A stretch of DNA of 64,000 nt from Chitinophagales bacterium (GTDB lineage: Bacteria; Bacteroidota; Bacteroidia; Chitinophagales; UBA8649), in contig JACJYS010000001.1 in NCBI GenBank assembly GCA_020635995.1, positions 155,543 to 219,542 on the forward strand, in the 5' to 3' direction. Below the pieces are notes generated by a model. The model was not told the DNA's origin, ran no database searches, and saw nothing but the letters and a program-made list of their open reading frames with translations. This document shows positions 1 through 7,272 of the stretch, one piece after another. Numbering within the stretch: position 1 is the first letter of the stretch; each line of letters begins with the position of its first letter. Both the position numbers and the translations under genes were made by a program.

Positions 1-956
1 ATTTTACTTCCTTCCGGCACGCTTATATCGCCTTCATTTATATATGTTTTATCATTTAATCCTAAATAATTTGGATAATCAACTTTTAACTGAAAGTTTT
101 TAATAATTGGTTTTTCCTTTACTTCAATTTCATACTCGCCTGAAGTAAAACCGGAACCTTCAAAATAAAATTTTATATTGCTTTGAACATTTGAAAAAAT
201 ATAAGAAAAATTATTAGTGTTTAATTTTTGCATACTATTTTTAATTCCATCTTTTACCACATACACATTAACCGGCAGCTCACTACCCGAAACTTCAATA
301 TCTAATTTATAATCTTCAAATTGTAATGCCGTTAAACTTTCATTTTTTATATTAAAAGTAAAAGGAGCAGGTTTTACAAAAGTAGTATTATTTCTTATTA
401 ATCTATCTGTACTATTTTTAACAATACTGGGTTGCCACAAAAATAAAAACAACAAAACCAATAATGGCGGAACAGCATATTTTAAGTATTTTTTGTTTTC
501 GTTTAAATCTACTGCATTAGTAAAAGGTATAGGTTTTAAAGTGTTTGATTTTTGGTCTATACTGGCTTGTATTAAAGATGCATCTTGCAAACTAAGTGAA
601 GCATCTTTAAGCTGTAAAATATTTAAAAGTTTATCTTCTACATTTTTAAAATATCGCCCTATAATTTCAGCAGCTTGCTGGTGGCTTATTATTTTACCAA
701 AATGATTTAGCTTAAATAAAGGATTAACAATGTAATAAACAATAATAGCTAAACTTAAAGCTAAAAATGAAAAAAACAATACTTTTCTAAATACTGTAGA
801 AAAATAAAACTGATTTTCGGCTAAAATAATAACTAAGAAATAAACTAAAATGATAGCTATACTAAATAAAATACCTTTTAGTAATTTATTAAAGTAATAC
901 TTCCTTATAAACTCGTCAAGTTTTTTAATTAAATATGAATAACTATCCCCTATCAT
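1..956 (-). CDS. Membrane protein, N-terminal part (DUF4175-like); the C-terminus lies beyond the window start
   Basis: My own minus-strand translation from the ATG at 956-954 gives MIGDSYSYLIKKLDEFIRKYYFNKLLKGILFSIAIILVYFLVIILAENQFYFS... It stays open to position 1, so it is absent from the ORF track (no stop in the window). It has two N-terminal hydrophobic helices. From memory it resembles the N-termini of large Bacteroidota DUF4175 proteins. Confidence 0.5.
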   Translation of the reverse strand, partial: MIGDSYSYLIKKLDEFIRKYYFNKLLKGILFSIAIILVYFLVIILAENQFYFSTVFRKVLFFSFLALSLAIIVYYIVNPLFKLNHFGKIISHQQAAEIIGRYFKNVEDKLLNILQLKDASLSLQDASLIQASIDQKSNTLKPIPFTNAVDLNENKKYLKYAVPPLLVLLFLFLWQPSIVKNSTDRLIRNNTTFVKPAPFTFNIKNESLTALQFEDYKLDIEVSGSELPVNVYVVKDGIKNSMQKLNTNNFSYIFSNVQSNIKFYFEGSGFTSGEYEIEVKEKPIIKNFQLKVDYPNYLGLNDKTYINEGDISVPEGSK

Positions 957-984
957 TCTATTCTATTACTATTTTTTGATTATT

Positions 985-2028
985 CTATTTTCCAAAATTA
1001 TATTTAAAACCCAACATAAAACCAAAAGAATTGTAAGAATCTCTGAAAGTAACTTGCTCTAATGGTTCGTCTTTTCTGGCATAATTATAAGAAGAGTTAG
1101 AAGTTTCAGTTATCTCATTTTTATATTCTGTAACACGCAAAATTTCCGGTAAATCTTCCATTCCGTATTTGCTTTGAATATTTTCCATTCCTAATATTAT
1201 TTCCGCAGCAGCTATAAGGTCTTCTGGAGTTTCTGTTGAAAAATCAACAAATTTTGTATCTTTTGCTTTAATAGTTAGCATATTCATTTCTGCTTCTGCA
1301 AAAACCGACCATTTTGGAGTAATATTATAAGTACAACCCACTCTGGCTGCAAAACCTATAGAAAACTGACCGGCAGTTTTTGCTTTTATGTAAGTTTCTG
1401 TAGGAATAGGAATATTTAAACCATGGCTGGCAATACTATCCGCTAATTCTTTATTTAATAAAGGTAAAGTATTATCTGCCATTACACCTGTTTTGTCATT
1501 TATGGTAGCTTCTACTATTGTTTTTCCTGCAAAAGGCAATAAAATACCAAACTTACCATAAGGTGTAAACTTTTTATTAGGATTTCCACTTACAACCACC
1601 ATAGGAGCCATACGCACCATATTAGTATAAGAATATTGCTCAGCAAAATAATTAAGTCCGGCAGCATTAGTTTCATCTCTTCTGGCATCTAAAATTTTAG
1701 AACTTCTTAAAAATGAAAACTCCATTTCTAAGCCAAAGTTATCTATAAACATATATCCTACCGAACCAGCTACTTGAAAACCAGCTCCTCTTGTTCCAAA
1801 AGGTTGCTTTTCTGAATATTGATAATTATTAGGGTCATCATTGCTCCTAATTAACAATTTTCCTAACTCCGGCTTGGGAGAACCCACAGTGGTTTTGGCA
1901 ACAGGAAAAGTATATCCGGTTTTAAAAGTAAAATAAGCACGTCCTTTTTTTTCTTTAGTTTTAGTTTCAGATTGAGCACTTAAAAATGCAAAAGAAAACA
2001 CGCATAATAACAGTAATAAATTTCTCAT
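985..2028 (-). CDS. Outer-membrane beta-barrel protein (unknown function)
   Basis: Signal peptide MRNLLLLLCVFSFAFLSAQ; alternating amphipathic beta-strand pattern; C-terminal strand ending ...GFKYNFGK. Confidence 0.6.
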   Translation of the reverse strand: MRNLLLLLCVFSFAFLSAQSETKTKEKKGRAYFTFKTGYTFPVAKTTVGSPKPELGKLLIRSNDDPNNYQYSEKQPFGTRGAGFQVAGSVGYMFIDNFGLEMEFSFLRSSKILDARRDETNAAGLNYFAEQYSYTNMVRMAPMVVVSGNPNKKFTPYGKFGILLPFAGKTIVEATINDKTGVMADNTLPLLNKELADSIASHGLNIPIPTETYIKAKTAGQFSIGFAARVGCTYNITPKWSVFAEAEMNMLTIKAKDTKFVDFSTETPEDLIAAAEIILGMENIQSKYGMEDLPEILRVTEYKNEITETSNSSYNYARKDEPLEQVTFRDSYNSFGFMLGFKYNFGK

Positions 2029-2080
2029 TTTTTATAAAGATTTGGTTTTAACCTTGAAAATTAAAAATATTTCTAAATAT

Positions 2081-2830
2081 TTAATAATCAAAAACATAAT
2101 TACCTTCATTATTTACATTTATTTGAGGTATTTTATGATTTTCATTAAAATAATTGTACTCTTCTTCTATAGTTTTCCAAAAATCAACATACTTTGGAAA
2201 CATATATTTAAAGATAGAATTTTTTATTTCTGAAAAACGATATGGATAAATATGAACAGGTATTTGCTCTTGCCCATTATTTTTAGCTAAAACATTTAAT
2301 ACATAAATTTCACTCATTATTTTATCTGTCATAGGCAAGCAACCTACCGTAACACAATTGCCATGTATAAAAATATCGCCACCTAAATTAGTAGCTGTAC
2401 TTCTAATTGAATCTGCCATATTTGGATAATTTATTCCTAAACTCAACCAAAAATCACTAACAGGATTAAATCTATCTATATAATAATATCCTTCCGGCAC
2501 TTGCTTATCACCTTGTTTATATTTAGGTCCCAAAGTACCGCTGGGTTTACATATTTTATATGTTTTAAACAGTTTAAAATCAGTATTTTCATTTTTTACC
2601 CAAATTTCTAATTCTCCTTCAGCCTTAAAAGCTCTTAATAGTATAGAGTAAGAAGAAAAAGGTATATTTTTAGAAGCAAAATCGTTTTTTAAGTTTTCAA
2701 AAGAAGCAGTATAAGCCATTTGAACTCTTTCAAACTTTAATTGTTCTCCTAAAAAATTTTGTTGAGCATACATAAAGTAAAAAAATAAAGTGATAAAACT
2801 AAAAGTAATCCACAATTTTAATCTTCCCAT
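2081..2830 (-). CDS. L,D-transpeptidase family protein (YkuD/YafK-like)
   Basis: Signal peptide. The catalytic-region motif GGDIFIHGNCVTVGCLPM matches HG...GC of the YkuD fold. PEGYYYIDRFNP is typical of YafK-like enzymes. Confidence 0.7.
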   Translation of the reverse strand: MGRLKLWITFSFITLFFYFMYAQQNFLGEQLKFERVQMAYTASFENLKNDFASKNIPFSSYSILLRAFKAEGELEIWVKNENTDFKLFKTYKICKPSGTLGPKYKQGDKQVPEGYYYIDRFNPVSDFWLSLGINYPNMADSIRSTATNLGGDIFIHGNCVTVGCLPMTDKIMSEIYVLNVLAKNNGQEQIPVHIYPYRFSEIKNSIFKYMFPKYVDFWKTIEEEYNYFNENHKIPQINVNNEGNYVFDY

Positions 2831-3235
2831 TATAAATTGATTATAAATTTTTTTCTTTCTTTTTATTATTAACTGTGTGAATAGTGGTAAAACTTTTCTT
2901 AGGTTTTAGTAATAAAGTGTAAAAAATAATCTTGTCCACAAAAATATAAAATTACTCACAGCATAAGTGCTTTATTTTTAAAAGAATTATGCTATTAGTT
3001 AACAATAGTTATTAACGCTATTAACAGGCAAAAGTGTATAAAAATTAGTGAAAATGGTAGTTAAAAAGATGTTGGTATTTTACTTTTATTTAACACGGCA
3101 CTTAATATTTGCATGGCTTGTATTTTATTTTTATTACGCAAATCAACTTTTAAAATTTTATTTACAGCAATTAACAGCGTTATTAACAGGTTTGTTTAGT
3201 AAAAGGTGGAAAAAGGAGTTATACTTTTGTAAAAG

Positions 3236-3273
3236 AAACACCCTTTTAGCATTTTTTGACCAAAAGGGTGTTT
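3236..3273 (-). terminator. Stem-loop just downstream of the SDR gene stop
   Basis: AAACACCCTTTT (3236-3247) pairs with AAAAGGGTGTTT (3262-3273), a 12-bp stem. On the minus strand it is followed by a T-rich tract (tttcttttac). Confidence 0.5.
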
Positions 3274-3283
3274 TAAATACTAC

Positions 3284-4039
3284 TTATACCGCAGTATATC
3301 CACCATCTACTAAATGGTAAGAACCTGTTATAAATGAAGATTGGTCGGAACTTAAAAACAACACTAAATCTGCAACTTCTTCGGCAGTTCCTAACCTACC
3401 CATAGGATGTTTTTGCTTTAGTGCTTCTAACATTTCTGTGCTTAAATTGTTTTCTAAAAGAGGAGTGTTAATATAACCGGGACCTACGGCATTGCAACGG
3501 ATATTTTTTGTGGCATATTCTGCGGCTATGTTTTTAGTAAGTCCTACTACGGCATGTTTTGTGGTAGTATAAGCACTTGATTGTATGGCTGCCACAGCAC
3601 CGTGTATAGAAGCCATATTTACTATAACGCCACCACCATTTTTTTCCATAGCTTTTAATTGGTATTTACATCCGTAAAATACTCCGTTGAGGTTTATATC
3701 TATTACTTTTTTCCAGCCGTCTAAAGAATAATCACCCGTAAAATTTTGTTCTCCGGCTATTCCGGCATTATTAAAAGCTATGTCTAACTTCCCGTATTCT
3801 TTTAATGCAAAATTAACAAGGTTTTCGCTGTCTGTAGCACTGGCTACATTTGCTTTAAAAAAGGAAGCCGTACCGCCATTATTCTTTATTAATTTTACGG
3901 TTTCATTACCACCTTTTTCACTAATATCAGATACCACTACTTTAGCACCTTCATTGGCATAAGAAATAGCAACAGCACGTCCAATTCCAGAACCGGCACC
4001 CGTTACAATAGCTACTTTGTTTTCTAATCTTTTTTTCAT
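3284..4039 (-). CDS. Short-chain dehydrogenase/reductase (SDR) family oxidoreductase
   Basis: TGAGSGIGRA Rossmann motif, NNAG, and the active-site motif YTTTKHAV (YxxxK). I chose the internal ATG at 4039 (MKKRLENKVAIVTG...) over the longer track ORF that starts at 4096. Confidence 0.85.
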   Translation of the reverse strand: MKKRLENKVAIVTGAGSGIGRAVAISYANEGAKVVVSDISEKGGNETVKLIKNNGGTASFFKANVASATDSENLVNFALKEYGKLDIAFNNAGIAGEQNFTGDYSLDGWKKVIDINLNGVFYGCKYQLKAMEKNGGGVIVNMASIHGAVAAIQSSAYTTTKHAVVGLTKNIAAEYATKNIRCNAVGPGYINTPLLENNLSTEMLEALKQKHPMGRLGTAEEVADLVLFLSSDQSSFITGSYHLVDGGYTAV

Positions 4040-4192
4040 TTTTATGAGTTTTATATATTTAAAAATTAATTTTATAATGTGTTTAATATTACACACTCTA
4101 TATAATAAAACAAATGTTAAGATTAAATGGTTTTGATAAAAATTGATTTTTAAGCCTTTTTAAGTTTTTATAGTAGTTAAAAAAAATATTTT

Positions 4193-4320
4193 ATACCAAT
4201 TGTCAACACAAAATAGTCTAATCTATTTTGTGTTTTACAATGGTAAATGCCGATAGAGCAATATATTTAGTACAATAAGGTGCAACCGAAATTGGACTAT
4301 TATATATTCCTAATCGGTAT
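4193..4320 (+). repeat. 128-bp MITE-like intergenic element, copy A (terminal inverted repeats ATACCAATT / AATCGGTAT)
   Basis: Nearly full-length reverse-complement match to 55309-55436. It contains a 12-bp-stem hairpin at 4205-4234. Confidence 0.75.
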
Positions 4321-4327
4321 TATAGGC

Positions 4328-4411
4328 CTACTCCAACAAAAACACAATATCTTCTTCGCTGAGTTGTTTTACAAAGCCGTCTTCTTCTTTAATTAATTCA
4401 TCGCTTACAAA
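4328..4411 (-). pseudogene. Displaced 3'-terminal fragment of an SNF2 helicase gene (27 codons plus stop)
   Basis: 80/84 nt identical to 7273-7356, the real 3' end of the SNF2 gene. It reads in frame ...FVSDELIKEEDGFVKQLSEEDIVFLLE* with no upstream gene body. Confidence 0.75.
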
Positions 4412-4429
4412 TTCACGGAGATAATTTAA

Positions 4430-7144
4430 TTATCTAACTAATAGAAGGTTTGTTTTAAAAGGTACAGTTTGAACAACATTAGAATTTTGATATAATTTTA
4501 CTTGACCCACAACAATGTAATTATCAGGTGTTTGCTTTATTCCATTTATAGTACCATTCCATTTTTTTAAACTTGATTTATCCGAATCAAATACCATATC
4601 GCCCCATCTATTATATATTTTAAACGCTACTAAATAATCAAAATTACATTCAATTATAGGGCTAAAATAATCATTTAAGTTATCGTCATTAGGAGAAAAC
4701 GCATCTGGTATTGTTATTTTGCAATCTTCTGTTTGAATAGTGTCATAATGACATTCACATAATATAGTATCATAATATTCACTAGTTGCAACTAAATTGT
4801 CTGTGCAATTTGGAAGAGGTATAGGGGTATGTTCACACATGCAATTTTGCGTATTATAAGTATCTAATGTAGTGCAGTCATTATCATCACAACTTGGAGG
4901 TGGTATAGGGGTATGTTCACACATACAACTTTGCGTATTATAAGTATCTAATGTGGTGCAGTCATTATCATCACAACTTGGAGGTGGTATAGGGGTATGT
5001 TCACACATGCAACTTTGCGTATTATAAGTATCTAATGTGGTGCAGTCATTATCATCACAACTTGGAGGTGGTATAGGGGTATGTTCACACATGCAACTTT
5101 GTGTGTTATACGTATCTAATGTAGTGCAGTCATTATCATCACAACTTGGAGGTGGTATAGGGGTATGTTCACACATGCAACTTTGCGTATTATAAGTATC
5201 TAATGTAGTGCAGTCATTATCATCACAATTTGGAGGTGGTATAGGGGTATGTTCACACATGCAACTTTGTGTGTTATAAGTATCTAATGTGGTGCAGTCA
5301 TTATCATCACAACTTGGAGGTGGTATAGGGGTATGTTCACACATGCAACTTTGTGTGTTATAAGTATCTAATGTGGTGCAGTCATTATCATCACAACTTG
5401 GAGGTGGTATAGGGGTATGTTCACACATGCAACTTTGTGTGTTATAAGTATCTAATGTGGTGCAGTCATTATCATCACAACTTGGAGGTGGTATAGGGGT
5501 ATGTTCACACATGCAACTTTGTGTGTTATAAGTATCTAATGTGGTGCAGTCATTATCATCACAACTTGGAGGTGGTATAGGGGTATGTTCACACATGCAA
5601 CTTTGTGTGTTATAAGTATCTAATGTGGTGCAGTCATTATCATCACAACTTGGACTCCATATTACTTCAAATGAATCCACAAAGATATTATCGCCATAAC
5701 ATGCAGAATATCCAACATAATACCAACCTTCTGTTAAATCGGCATAAGAAAAAGTCCCATTGCTAACAGAACAATTATTACATGGCACATAAGTTCCGTT
5801 ATCATCATTCACAAAAAAATCATAATAACCACACAATGTAGAATTATTAACCGAAAATGAAAAATCTACTAACCCACAACTATTTTGCTGAATTAAAGGG
5901 TAGTAATTATTAAAATCGAATTGATAAGTCCAATCGCCCATTAATCCTCCATTAATAGTAACCGAACTTCCGCATAAGTCGGTTATTTCTAAATTATCAA
6001 ACCAATAAGTTGGCGGATAAATATTCGTTAAAAAACTTAAATCAGTTACTGTATCATTTATATAAGTAATGATTCCCGATGGATTATAAGCATCAGGTGT
6101 GTAATTGCCATTTAATACAAATGGAGCAACACCATTGTAAATTGTAATTTCTGTGCCGCAATAACATGGCTCAGAAATAGGTGCATAGGAAACCTGTAAG
6201 GGATTTGGCGGATTAAAATCAATGTTGGCATATATGGAACCAATTATAGTGGTGCTCATTAAAGTTTCATCACAATTATTTAAAGCTACATAAAAAACAC
6301 ACGGACCGGGCAATGTATCATAAATTACATGATATACTGCCGCATATTGTAAATGAAGTGAAGAATTGATAATGGGCTGATTTAATACTTGAATATTAGG
6401 AGAGGTAGAATGTATATCCGAAAAAATAAGGGTGTCAGAATTATAAAAGATGGTATCTCCATTGACATAACATCCGGCAGGAGCATTACTTGCGGGAAGC
6501 CAAGTTGTATCGTACCACTCTGTTTTTAAAACACAATAAGGTAATACTACTGTATCATACACATAGTAAGGTGAAAAATCGCAGGGACCACCATTAGCAA
6601 TAGCATTTTGTATATTACCTATATTACTCCACGTATTTGGTATGCACGCATCTATACCAAATGTAGATACATCACTACAAAATACATAGTTGTTTTCACA
6701 ATCCAAATTTCCTGTGTTGCCTGGTACAGTAATAGTTCCTCCCAGCATAGACACAATACTTTTGTTAAACATAAAGGGTATTCCATTAGAATTAACTAAA
6801 CACGGATTGTTAAAATCAATACTGTTTGATGTATTAAAATCGGAAACTACAACAAAATAATAATAAATACCACAACTAGGTAGGTTACTTGGTAAATTAT
6901 TTAAAATAGGAATCGTGCTAAAATAAACCAAATGGCTACTATCACAAATTGAATCAGAAAAAATAGCATAAAACTTTGTGTATCCCGGCATTACAAAACC
7001 TTGTCCAACTGTGGAAACATGGATAGAATCCTTATGACACATAATATATGGAGGTGTAATTATAGAATCGACAGAATTTGTACATTGACTATTTACATTG
7101 ACAGTATATAAACAAGCTAATAATATGACCAATAGTCTCTTCAT
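4430..7144 (-). CDS. Cysteine-rich secreted surface protein with a T9SS type-B C-terminal sorting domain
   Basis: Signal peptide MKRLLVILLACLYTVNVNSQ. The C-terminus IPDAFSPNDDNLNDYF...YNRWGDMVF...LLLVR matches the gliding-motility-associated (type B) CTD pattern. There are ten 28-aa tandem repeats. Confidence 0.8.
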   Translation of the reverse strand: MKRLLVILLACLYTVNVNSQCTNSVDSIITPPYIMCHKDSIHVSTVGQGFVMPGYTKFYAIFSDSICDSSHLVYFSTIPILNNLPSNLPSCGIYYYFVVVSDFNTSNSIDFNNPCLVNSNGIPFMFNKSIVSMLGGTITVPGNTGNLDCENNYVFCSDVSTFGIDACIPNTWSNIGNIQNAIANGGPCDFSPYYVYDTVVLPYCVLKTEWYDTTWLPASNAPAGCYVNGDTIFYNSDTLIFSDIHSTSPNIQVLNQPIINSSLHLQYAAVYHVIYDTLPGPCVFYVALNNCDETLMSTTIIGSIYANIDFNPPNPLQVSYAPISEPCYCGTEITIYNGVAPFVLNGNYTPDAYNPSGIITYINDTVTDLSFLTNIYPPTYWFDNLEITDLCGSSVTINGGLMGDWTYQFDFNNYYPLIQQNSCGLVDFSFSVNNSTLCGYYDFFVNDDNGTYVPCNNCSVSNGTFSYADLTEGWYYVGYSACYGDNIFVDSFEVIWSPSCDDNDCTTLDTYNTQSCMCEHTPIPPPSCDDNDCTTLDTYNTQSCMCEHTPIPPPSCDDNDCTTLDTYNTQSCMCEHTPIPPPSCDDNDCTTLDTYNTQSCMCEHTPIPPPSCDDNDCTTLDTYNTQSCMCEHTPIPPPNCDDNDCTTLDTYNTQSCMCEHTPIPPPSCDDNDCTTLDTYNTQSCMCEHTPIPPPSCDDNDCTTLDTYNTQSCMCEHTPIPPPSCDDNDCTTLDTYNTQSCMCEHTPIPPPSCDDNDCTTLDTYNTQNCMCEHTPIPLPNCTDNLVATSEYYDTILCECHYDTIQTEDCKITIPDAFSPNDDNLNDYFSPIIECNFDYLVAFKIYNRWGDMVFDSDKSSLKKWNGTINGIKQTPDNYIVVGQVKLYQNSNVVQTVPFKTNLLLVR
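4811..5650 (-). repeat. 10 x 84-bp in-frame tandem repeat (unit encodes SCDDNDCTTLDTYNTQSCMCEHTPIPPP)
   Basis: Read directly from the sequence. Unit boundaries are 4811, 4895, 4979, 5063, 5147, 5231, 5315, 5399, 5483 and 5567. The five units in 5231-5650 are nucleotide-identical. Confidence 0.95.
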
Positions 7145-7272
7145 TATCTCAAAAGTAATAATTTTTTTTGTATATCTAAAAAATGAGTAGAAAAATAATG
7201 CTTATACAATTTGACTAAAACTCGGTTGAAACCATCGTTTTTATACAATGATATCCATATTCCTTTAACTCC

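Noticed and set aside
493-705. A 70-aa + strand ORF
   Set aside because: It lies antisense within the open minus-strand frame of the partial DUF4175-like gene.
3048-3320. A 90-aa + strand ORF in the spacer upstream of the SDR gene
   Set aside because: It runs through the terminator hairpin and into the SDR gene in antisense. It has Phe/Tyr/Leu-rich composition and no ribosome-binding or promoter context.
4811-5650. A regular 84-bp periodic array that could be mistaken for a CRISPR array
   Set aside because: The units are contiguous with no unique spacers. They lie in frame inside a long ORF and encode a sensible Cys/Pro-rich peptide. No cas genes are nearby.
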